Of a stretch of 64,000 nucleotides of DNA, positions 49,222-59,594 are shown piece by piece. The position numbers and the translations under genes were made by a program. The notes below the pieces were generated by a model, which was not told the origin of the DNA, did no database searches, and was given only the letters and a program-made list of their open reading frames with translations. This DNA comes from Camelus ferus (lineage: Eukaryota), in the NCBI RefSeq assembly GCF_009834535.1, contig NC_045696.1, positions 117,678,001-117,742,000 of the forward strand. The letters are read 5' to 3'. How positions within the stretch are numbered: position 1 is the first letter of the stretch; every line of letters begins with the position of its first letter.

Positions 49222-50965
49222 TCCATCCCAATCAGAAATAACTCATTCATTCATTTATCATTAACCACATATTATGGGCATTATCTGTATTCCAGGGGCT
49301 TTTGTAAGAATTGGGGATACAGCCATGAACAAATTAAACAAAGATCCCTGCCTTCATGGAATAGACATTTGAGAGCTGTTCTGTTCATTATGGTAGCCAG
49401 TAGCCCCATGTGGCCAATGACATTTAAATTTAAATTGATTAAGTTTAAGATTTCAGTACCTCAGTCCCACTAGACAAATTTCAAGTGACCAAAAACCATG
49501 TGTGACAAGTTGTTGCTATATGAGGACAGCACAGAAGAACATTTTCAACACTGGCAGAAAGTTCTCTCCAACCATGCTATTCTAGAGGGTGGAGACAGAC
49601 AAATGAATGATAAATAATTAAATGAGGGAGACATCTGTAGAAGGAGCTAAAAACTCTGAAGGAAATAAACAGGGGGATGTGCTAGAGATCATTTGGAGGC
49701 TGGGATGGCCACTTTCTACAAGGAGATTGGGATAGACTCCTGCGACAAGAGCGCATTTTAACTAAAACTTAAAAAATTCGACTCTGTATAAAGCTGTCAG
49801 AGCAGAGGAATCAGCACTTGCAAAGGCCCTGAGGCATGAAAGGAGTAGGTTCTTGAGGACAAAAAGAAGATTCTTGAGGACAAGAAGAGGTGCAGCTGGA
49901 GGACGGGGAGAGAGGAACTAAAAGACCAGATGGAGCAGGGGAGGAAGCCTTGACAAAGAGCTGGGTCTTCGGTTACATTCCACGGGAAATCACTAGAAAG
50001 ACTTTAAAGAAATGACATGTCTGATTAATGTTTAAAAATACAGGGTTCTGTGTGAGGAACAGATTGGGTGGGGACAAAGGTGGAGGCTGAGAGTCCTGTT
50101 CGGAGGTAAGATATTAGAGTAAATGGAACCAGAAGGGCAGCAGTGCAGTTGGAAGTTAGGATGGAACTGAAATATAATTTGGAGGAGAAACGACTGGAAT
50201 GCTGATGGCTGAGACATTGGGAGTGAGGAAAAAAGAAGAATCAGAGATGACTCCTGAATGTCTGCACTGGGCAGCTGAGAGGCTTGTGGTACCATCAACG
50301 GACTCAGAAGTGACCCAAGGGCAAATTTGAGGTAACTTCACACTACTTCTCATTTGATTGTTAAGCTTAAAATGTCCATTAACACCTGAATCAGAATGTT
50401 GAACCATAGATAGATGGGTAGGTAGATAGCTCTGGAGCCTGCAGAAAAATTAAAGGTGATATATGCTTTTGAAATTCTCAAAAAAGAGATGGTATTAAAG
50501 CCACAAGATTGAATGGAATCATCAGGGCTGAATGGAGACAGAGAGGAAATAAAAGAGTCCTGAGACCAGCCACGGGACGTTCTAATATTTAACAGTGAGG
50601 TTGAGACAAAGGAGCCAGCAGAGGGGCCAGAGGAGAAGCAGCCGAGAGGGAGGAGGAGGACCAGAGGGAGTGGTGGCAAGGATGCAGAGTGGGAGACGGG
50701 AACTGCTGAGCACGGGAGAGGGGTGAGGACAGGAAGGTCGCGCTAAGGCATTCCAGGAAGCCTTTGGAGACCTCGCCAAGAGTCGTTCCATTGAGTAGTG
50801 GGGACATAAGCCGGAATGGACTAGGCTGAAACACGAATGAAAAGTTGAGTTCAGCATCTTTTCAGAAATGGGGCAGAGCTGCAGTGGGATGTGGTCACAA
50901 AAGAGGACCTTGTTTAGAATGAGAGAGAGTGGAGTGGGCTTGAGAAGGCAACAGAAGACAGACAC
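49222..50965 (-). mobile_element. Long L2 (L2a-like) remnant including a degenerate RT region
   Basis: Antisense tail tcattcattcattt. ORF 50582..50965 contains VHSGLCPHYSMERLLAR, resembling the CR1/L2 RT motif QSGF.P.HSTETAL. More L2 debris probably continues to ~52250. Confidence 0.8.
49373..49579. mobile_element. MER3-like hAT-Charlie element inserted in L2
   Basis: atggtagccagtagccccatgtggc...tttcaagtg...acagcacagaagaacattt...gcagaaagttct; flanked on the right by ttctagag (Charlie-type target). Confidence 0.75.
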
Positions 50966-50982
50966 AGCTTTTCGGGGTTTTC

Positions 50983-51105
50983 TTTGCAGGTTGGGAGGAG
51001 ATAATTAGGTTTATTTACCTATTTTCTTTAGCGGAGGTACCGAAGACTGAACCCAGGACCTCATGCATGCTAGGCGTGCACTCTACCACTGAGCTACACC
51101 CTTCC
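50983..51105 (-). mobile_element. vic-1-type SINE
   Basis: taattaggtttattt...gaggtacc...gaacccaggacctcatgcatgctaggcgtgcactctaccactgagctacaccc. Confidence 0.9.
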
Positions 51106-51273
51106 CGTTTGTTTTGGGGGGGTTTGGGGTGGTTGTGTTGGTTTTTGAGGGGGAGAGGGGAGTTGTTTTTCTATTGCACTAGGAGGAAAAGCAGAAACTG
51201 CGGGTCCAGGTGCAGACAGATTTGTAGATTAAGAGGCTGGCTTAGAAGGTAAAAGAGTTCCAGGAATATTGCT

Positions 51274-51392
51274 TGTGGCTTCACAACTTCACCAATGAAA
51301 AAAAAAGTTCTGAAAGCCACCGTTGTCAGATGCAATAGTGTAAATGAGTCTATTTTTCATCACCTTGGCTCAGAGAAGAAAACCGTTTCGGG
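51274..51392. repeat. Dispersed direct repeat, copy 1 (hairpin plus 29-bp core)
   Basis: tgtggcttcacaa (51274-51286) and gtaaatgagtctatttttcatcaccttgg (51340-51368) are identical to copy 2. Confidence 0.9.
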
Positions 51393-51439
51393 TCCTCTGA
51401 AGTTATGAGCCGAGGAATGCCCAGGGCCGGAGTTAGACT

Positions 51440-51620
51440 CAGTATCAAATCAAAACATACTCCCTCCGTGACGAGCTTTTGTGACTTTGAGCAAGTTATT
51501 TGAATTCTCTCTGTCTCCACCTCTTCATCTGTAAATTGGCAAAAACCACGTGCTTGGCCCATGCAGGTTCTGGGTAATACGTACATAGCATATATGCATA
51601 TGAAGGACTTTTGAAAAGAC
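51440..51620 (+). mobile_element. MIR fragment
   Basis: tgtgactttgagcaagttatttgaattctctctg...ttcatctgtaaattgg. Confidence 0.7.
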
Positions 51621-53413
51621 AAGCAAAGGAAACATAAAAACTCTGCAACCAATCAGAGGTTGCAATCAGATTAAGGAACAAGACGGTCACCCGTATTGTG
51701 ACTGTCAAAGAAGGAGAAGCTTTCGAGATGGGGGAATAGATCATAGACTCACGCGATCCAGAAAGATGGGGAGGACTCAAGCTGAGAGATGGTGCTGGAT
51801 TTGCTCACGAAAAGGTCACTGTTGAGCTGTAGTGTTATAGTTCCTGTGAGATGGGAGGCCCCCAAAGCAGAATGCATGGGCTCTGGATGTAAGGAGGAAG
51901 TGAGCAAACAAAGGGAGATACAGTGGGGTACTTTTTTTTTTTTTTTTAAGTAAGGAAAATGAAGGACAGGGAATACAAGAGCAGAGTTGGAACAAGAGAG
52001 AGTCCTCTTTCAGTGTGAAGGCAATGGAGCTATGCTGTAGGCAGATGGGAAGGAATTATGCCAAGGGAAAGAAAATTCAAGAAGGGGCACCCATGCAAAC
52101 AGGAGCAAAGTATCCCAGGGGCTACGTGGAGCTGGAACTTTGGAAGAACAGATAGTTTCTGTCCTTATAGACAGCTAAAGGGACCAGGTTTGGGGATGGT
52201 AGGCCCTCCAAGAGGGAAAGAAGCAGTGGAGTGAGTGCCAAATGCAAATCAGGGTCATCAGGAAATCGGAGAAATTAAGAAAGGGAACGTGCAGGTTTAA
52301 TAGCATCAGACTTGGTAGACAGAGATGTCTTCAAAATCAGGATATACCTGTCTGGAAGATGGATTTTCCCAATGGCCTGAGGAACATCAGCCTTCTTGAC
52401 TTCTGAGAACCAGAAATGCCAACCTGTGGTTCTTTGGTTATTCTTTTTCTGTGATCTGTTCTCAAACAGGATACAGTACATCAGATCAGGTCTCTTTCCA
52501 GGACTGCAACTGAATTTCTGATCCATTTTTCTGAGATGTCTCCTAGGTCACTGTCACTCTGATTGAGATTTCTTTTAGGTACTCCCAAATGCTTGAGTCA
52601 CCAGCTTGCAGATGTCACTCCAGTTGGCTGATCAAATCTACTGTGGGTGGAAGGTATTCATTTAATCCTTAGTAGAAAACCCTGGGGTGCGGCTTCTATG
52701 AAGACCACAAACAGGATGTAGCTAAAAGTCAAACAATTGCCAGATTGATGTTAACAGGTGCTCATATTGGAATGAACTGTCCATCAGAGCCTCTTTTCAG
52801 CCTCTTTTTCTCTGTGTCTCTCTCAATCTCTCCCTCTCTCCATTGTCTACACCCGACAGAGGACCTGAGCTGTACAGTGGAAACGGTCATAAATTTTCTC
52901 CATCGCAGCCTCCACACCCGAACACCATGTCATTCATTAGCTGGCATTCCTCAAACTTCCACGTTGTCAAAGGAGTCTATTTATAAACTATCCGGCTATG
53001 GCGTATAATAAACAATGCCAGAGTGAACTAAAAACAGGCGAATTTAATAAGCGATTCCTTTCTCCTACACTGTTTAAATTTACATAATCAACTGGCTATA
53101 GTATTTAGCATACTTTTAATGTGTCTCATTTGTTTACACTACAATTCTGTGCTTCAGATTTCTCCATTCACCAAAATATTGATTGCCCTACAAAGGGTTC
53201 AAAACAGCAAATATTCCACTGGTAATCATTTTGTGAATGTGACAGAAGTGAGGGGTAGATCTACTGTATTTTTCTGGCTAATTACAAACTTAATATTCTA
53301 TTAAAATTTATGAGATGACAAACTCTCCACAAACTCTTTAAAGCCATTACCAGCGGATAAGAGTATATTCTCCCAAAGTATTAATATTAGCATCATTAAA
53401 AGAGTTTTATCCA

Positions 53414-53458
53414 TGCACCTCCACTAAAAAAAAAATAAAAAAAAAAAAAACAACAAGA
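53414..53458 (+). mobile_element. Extremely 5'-truncated retroposon (probably vic-1 3' end): ~12 nt plus A tail
   Basis: Perfect 16-bp TSD aaaagagttttatcca (53398-53413 / 53459-53474) at a TT|AAAA site. Confidence 0.85.
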
Positions 53459-53581
53459 AAAAGAGTTTTATCCAGTGCACATTTGTCTCCACCTTGGAAA
53501 CAAAACAACAGCCCAAAAGAAGACAAATGCCTTTGAGTGTTGCAAAAAACAACAGCAACTTGAGGGCCCCATAAAGTCGTC

Positions 53582-53706
53582 CTGTGGCTTCACAAGTACA
53601 AGAAAACAAAACAAGAAAAACTCTTGAAGCCACAGTTCTAAGAAGGAACAGAGTAAATGAGTCTATTTTTCATCACCTTGGGCTCTGGGAAGCAAACATC
53701 GCCGGG
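53582..53706. repeat. Dispersed direct repeat, copy 2 (hairpin plus 29-bp core)
   Basis: Same 13-mer at 53583-53595 and same 29-mer at 53653-53681. Perfect inverted repeat ctgtggcttca / tgaagccacag. Confidence 0.9.
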
Positions 53707-54059
53707 CTATCATGATATGGAAAGGGCTCAGATATTAAAATACATTAACTTTACTTAATTGATTTAAACAGATCCAGAGCTTTCGAAATGCAGATGATGT
53801 TATTTCTGCATTAGTGGACAAAATAGATCTGTTTTAGATTGCAAAGCTCTGTCTCGCTCTCGTGTCTGGTAAGGAGAGAAAAACCTCTCCATTTCTTAGT
53901 CTTTTTTTTTTTTTTTTAACAAAACAACACAGGAAACCATATACATATACATATATATTTTGCTCCATCTTAATTTCTTTCTGCATCCTTTCCTCAAAGA
54001 CTTCTTTTTGTAACATGAATACATTGTTATCCCAGAGCTCAGAATGCTGTGGTCACAGA

Positions 54060-54290
54060 ACAATAACAACAGATAAGACTAATTGAGTTTTTACTCTGTC
54101 CCAAGCACTGCGCTGCATTATGTTACTTTGTTTAATCCTCAAGTGAGGTAGATCTCTCATTTTTTTATCTCCATTTATACGGATGAGGAAACTGAGGCCC
54201 CAAGAGGTTGGGCAACTTGCCCAGACAGCAGGCTGGTGAGATGGGTTATGAAGTCCCAGGGGATTCTGGGACCCAGGCTCTGTACCACAA
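54060..54290 (-). mobile_element. MIR SINE
   Basis: tttaatcctcaa...ccatttatacggatgaggaaactgaggcc...caacttgccca. Confidence 0.85.
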
Positions 54291-54782
54291 TTTCAAGATG
54301 TGACCTCTTGGGGGGGCGGAAGAGGAGGTAGTTAAAGCCAAAGCCAAGGTCAAAGCTTCTTCCATGCACCATAAACACGAAATGTGTACACCGATCTCCA
54401 GCTGAAGCGGTTTCTTTCATCAGTTTCTTCCTCTCTGTTATTCTCATTGTTTGTTTGTTATTCTCTTTGTTACAGAATTATTTTTAAGGCAGAGATGAAT
54501 CATCGAAGGACAGAACTAACTGGAAAGGCTCACCAGACACAAACCACATCACATGGCCCATTCAAGATGAGGATGCTAGACGGAGGAAGAGGCGTAACTT
54601 ACCACAGAACTTGCTTATGGCACAGTCCACCTCCGATCGCCTTCATGTGATTTTTTTATACACGTTTCTGGTGTCCAAGAGAGAAAAGAAAGAGAAGTGT
54701 GAAAATGTGCTTCCATTTCAACTAATTCCTTTTAAATGTAGAATATTTCAGTTTTGGATCAAAAACCTGTCACAATCTCATG

Positions 54783-54932
54783 GTTTTTTTTTTTTCCTTT
54801 GATGGGGGGAGGAGGTAATTAGGTCTTTTAAAAAAATACTTACTGATCTATTTTAATGGAGGTACTAAGGATTGAACCCAGGACCTCATGCATGCTAAGC
54901 ATGTGCTCTACCACTGAGCTCCACCCTCATCC
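54783..54932 (-). mobile_element. vic-1-type SINE
   Basis: ggaggtactaaggattgaacccaggacctcatgcatgctaagcatgtgctctaccactgagc; degenerate TSD acaatctcatgg / acaatctcctgt. Confidence 0.9.
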
Positions 54933-56203
54933 TGACAATCTCCTGTTCTGATATGAGAAGAATGGAGGAATTTGGGGGTGTTTCTCTGGCTGTTGAATTA
55001 TGTAACGAAGCTTCCTCTTTGTCTCTTGGTTCGCACACAATATTTTCTTCCTGAGTTCCTGCAGCTTGGAGTTCTGCTTTTAATCTTGGCTTCACTGAGC
55101 ATCAGTCAGGGCCATAAAAAGAACGTTAGAAACCAATGCTGGTTCTTGGGAAGGTGATGTCCATGATGGGGAAGCAGTAAGGCACCCCCAGCCCCCGTTC
55201 AATGCACTGCTTCACAGGCAGGAAGCAGCAAACGGAAGGGCCCACGTTCACACGGAGCATGAGAGTCACATCTCTGTGTGTCTTCAACAATCCTGAGAAA
55301 ACGTTATTGAAGGGACTGCTTTAAGTGCTCTGTTTATTTCCGGGAAATATTTCCAATGGAAGCCTTCCTTTGTGGGGCTATGAAAAGCCTTTTATAAAAG
55401 GATCCTCACTATATGCTGAAAGTTAAAAGTGTCATTGAGTCAGAGTACTGCTGGATGAAATGCCAATATACCATCTCACAGATCTACTAATTTAGGCGAA
55501 GTCCTGATCCTCGATTTCCAGCTGAGAACTGGAATTATTTAGCAATTATTTAGCTGAGCATAAATATTTAGAGACAGTTTTTGCTAACAAATCTTGCCTC
55601 TAGGAGCCGGGCCCATAACAATATTCTTGGCTCTAGTTTTCCCCACGTAAATCAAGCATCTTACTTCATTCACACCTTCTCTATTTCATTTTTACTATTT
55701 CGTGGGGGTACCGTCGCTCTTTTTTATTTCTCGTCTTCTTCTGCTGGCCCGTGGAACGGAAACCCGGCTGACCTGCTGTAGCCTGTGCTGAAAATCTGAA
55801 AAACTGCTCGAAGAAAGTGCGTTGGGTCCTTCCCAAGTTTTCCGTTCTGGATTTGTCAAATTTACGAGAAGTTTGGGATTTTCAAGGTCTGGGGTCTTAC
55901 TTTCATAAAATATGCTTGCAGCTAAATGTTTTCTCTGTCCCCTGTTCTGTGTATGGGCACGTACGCACAGTATACGCCCCTGTTTCAGGACTTGGAAGGC
56001 TATGAAAAACACTGGGATGTTTCTCCCCCTGCAAGAGTGGTTTGTGAAGTGAAGTTCATTGTTTGATCTCCCTAGTCAGTTTAAACAACCAACCAGTTGT
56101 GACTCTGAAATCAAGTGTTCAGAGCAATTTGTTCTCTTTAGTGGGGTGGGGTGGACCTTCCTGTTAGTTAATCCAGGAAGCACTGGGATTCCTGTTAACT
56201 TTT

Positions 56204-56330
56204 TTTGAGGTAGGGGGAGGTAATTAGGTTTATTTACTTGTTTATTTATTTTAATAGAAGTCCTGGGGCTGGAACCCAGAACCTCGTGCATGCTAAGCAC
56301 ATGCTCTACCACTGAGCTACACCCTCCCCC
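56204..56330 (-). mobile_element. vic-1-type SINE, full length
   Basis: Complete head and tail. 13-bp TSD cctgttaactttt (56191-56203 / 56337-56349). Confidence 0.93.
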
Positions 56331-57639
56331 TTTTCGCCTGTTAACTTTTATCCTTTGAAAATGTGCAGCTTCTTCAGAGAGTTCACAGATTTTTTTCCAA
56401 CTTTCTGCACAAATTTCCTGGGAGCGGCTGAGACAGGCAGCACTCCAGCTGAGTTGTCTATATACGGTAAATAAATCACGGGAACAACAGTCCCCAATTT
56501 CACATGAATTGTTCCGCAATCTCCACAACATCAAACATTTTGTTAAAAGTCTAGAAAAAAATAAGTGTAGCTCTTTTGTTGCGGTCCTCATTGTTTTGCT
56601 TCAGAGTGATTTGCGCTAAATACAGCTTAACAGGCAGATGACTGGTTTGTGACTAGAGTATCTTTTCTGAGATGAAAAAGCAATACAAATGCTCCCCAAA
56701 AGGATGCCAGGCAGGCGCAGAGCCCACATGGGGACCGGGGACTGGGTGCACCTGGGGAAATCCTTATCACAAACTGGATTGACAGGGAGGGCTCGGTTCC
56801 TGCCCCAGTACCCGTGCCTCCAAAAAGCTGAGAAGGAGTCACATGCTTTAGGAGAGAGACCTGGGAATTGCCTGTAGATGAGAGTTTCAAATTGCTCAGG
56901 CATTAAGAGAATAGGAACATGAGATGCAAATATTGCAGGAATAAAGGGGGAGCAGATATGGCGCAAAACGCGTAACTGTGGAGAAAATCGCTGAGAACCT
57001 GGAGCCCTGCGCTGGGATTGGATGTCGGAAGATGGCTTGTTCCTCCTGTTGAAACTCACTTTCACAGCTCACGTCTGCGCATCTGAACCGAAAGGGAAGG
57101 TGGAGATTCCTCCAGAATTCGGTGGAGCATGGAAGCGGAAAATCTATTTAGATCCCTGTCGCTCAAGATCTTTCCCACTAGTGAAAAAAAATTACCAGAG
57201 TGAAAGATAAGAGAAAGCCAGGCTATATTTGTATGCAAGAGTTGCTGTAAAGGTTAGAAATGAAGGGCTTTATTTTTTTTATGCCATAGCTCCTTGGCTC
57301 CCCTAAATGCAAGATGCCACTGCCTCTATTATCTGGAAGGTTTAAGTAGCATGAAGATCAAACAATGAACTTCACTCCACAATACTCACCTAGAAATGTG
57401 GTCAGATTTCTTTCGGGTTCTCCTCTGTTAACTTTTCATTTCAGAGTCTGCCTTGCAGGTAAGATTATGGTGAATTTCATCCCTGGTTTTCTTTTTTTCA
57501 AGAAGGATTTCAAAAATATCTGCTTTAAAGTGTTTCTTCTATCCAATCAATCATGCACCCCGTCCTGCAAATGATCATTTTGCTATTATTCTGATGAACC
57601 CATTCATCTAAGCTACGGGCACGTGCATTAAGTTACTGA

Positions 57640-57795
57640 CTTCTGAAGTTACAGGAAACCTTAGACATATTTCACGCAAAGACTTCTGGAGGAGAGAACG
57701 CTGATCCCCACAGAGGAGAAGGCACTACATAAAAATCACAAAAGCAATTTTACGGCCAAGCTGAGGGCAGAAATAGCAGCCTGGATTCTTTCTAC
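57640..57795 (-). mobile_element. Diverged MIR (MIRc/MIR3-like)
   Basis: gaagttacaggaaaccttaga...cacagaggagaagg...aatcacaaaagcaatt. Confidence 0.45.
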
Positions 57796-59594
57796 ATTTG
57801 AAACAGGATTGGGATGCTTGCCTAGACTGGTGTCAATGAAGCTTCAACACTGCAGTATCCGGATGGAAGAAACTCATCCTGTTGACTTTTGTCAACAGAA
57901 CACAAGAGCTTGTTCAGCAAATGAACAATATGAGATCACGGCTTTTCCCCCTAAAGTATTAGCACCTCTATCTTGATTTGCCCCCACCCTGTGCAATGTC
58001 TGAAATATTCTCAAGAAGAGGAGAAGTGTTCCTTTCACAGAGTTGTGACTGATGGATGGATGGGCCCATCAGATTGGTAAGTGGGAGGACTGGGTAAGGG
58101 GGCTACACTCTGCCCGTGGCCCTTGGGAACCACAAGCCGGCTCACTGCCCTTCATAAAGACCCATATTGCTGCTTTCTAGGATGGAAACAACCCTGACTC
58201 ACTATTTTGAGGACTTGACTTCCCTTCTTCCTGGTGGTGTTCTCTGCAAACCCCGCAGAACTCTTACCAAGGGGCTCCTTTGCTACTGGCTGGACCTGAC
58301 TTAGCTCTTGAGTAAGTTGCCAAAGTTCTCTAAGGCTCACCCCATCCTGTGTAACTGAACTAGTGCCGCTATCTCCAAGGGCACTTAGGAACACTGAATG
58401 ACAGAAGGCAATAGCGTAATCACCCAAATGCCTGGCTCATAACAAACTTACAATAATGCTTGCTTTGGGAGCCATTATTCTTAAAGTATGTTCAATACTA
58501 TTTCTGGAATAGTTCCGTGACCAAGTAAGGAACAACTAGGCAAAGGTCTCTGCCCTCAACCTTGAAAGTGCTTTTCAGTAAAAGGTCGACCCAACATTTC
58601 CCCTGGGGCTCCCCCTTGGGCATCCCCCAAGGTTCTAATGTTCTCCATGCTGCTGGCCCTGAAGTCAGGAGGGCTCCCTACCCTGGAATTCTTTGGTTTT
58701 GTGTTTATTTTATTTTATTTTATTTTTTACTGGAAGCTAAAAATGAAAGGCTCAGTCAGTCTAGTGATCCCTGGAAGAGCAAAGCAAAAACAGTGATACC
58801 AATTAGGAGCTACCGAGCTGTTCAGCACGGCAATAAACTGTAAATTTATGGTTTTGTTAAGAGTCAGGATACATTTGAAATCTTTTATATAATATTAGAT
58901 ATGAAAATACACACCATCTGGACCTCTTGCTGGTAGCCTTGAAATGTCTACATCTCACAGGAATCAAACCCATTTTACCTGCTAGGGAATAAAACACCTG
59001 TTTCACATATTACTTCACACTGGGTGATGAACATTTCCACCATCTCCAGCCAGAAAGAAAAAAATGAAACCGTGGCTTCACATTGTTTAGTAGATTTTAA
59101 AAAGCTAGCAGGGTTGTGGGCTGTTTCATTATCTGGTTGGGAGAAGGCTCTGCAAATTGCTCCTGTATTAGTAGCAGCTCCCTAATAATTTGGGGGAGTT
59201 CTCGGAAGCCCTGCTTAGTGTCGATGGAAACACATTTCCCTCTCGTTATAAATCTGTTTATGAAAACACTTAGTGAAATGAGCCAACTGCATCTTGGCTG
59301 CTAGTTGCGTCTTGTAATGGATGGTCCCAAAGTGGGTAGAAGGCTGTAATTCACCAGAGGAACTCGGCTGATGACATAAAATAGTGGAGCAGTTTAGGAA
59401 TAGCCCTAGAATCTGGAGAGAGAATGAGGCTTTGCATTTTTTCCTAGGACATCTGCTGGTAGTCTATAGAGCTTCTTCTATAAAATTAAAAAAGAAAAGT
59501 TTCTTTTGTGTAAATTTCCTTGCCGTGTTCCATAAGTCCTTTTGTTCTTCAGATCAAATCCAACTGCGCTGATAGGGAATTAGGTTGCATTTTT

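Noticed and set aside
51320..51368. C/D-box snoRNA reading of the duplicated core (- strand GTGATGA ... CTGA)
   Set aside because: The CTGA is only ~27 nt from the C box, is absent at the equivalent position in copy 2, and there is no terminal stem or evident host intron.
56076..57065. Longest ORFs in the window (171 aa and 149 aa, - strand)
   Set aside because: The first reads through a SINE. Neither resembles a protein family I recognise or shows exon support.
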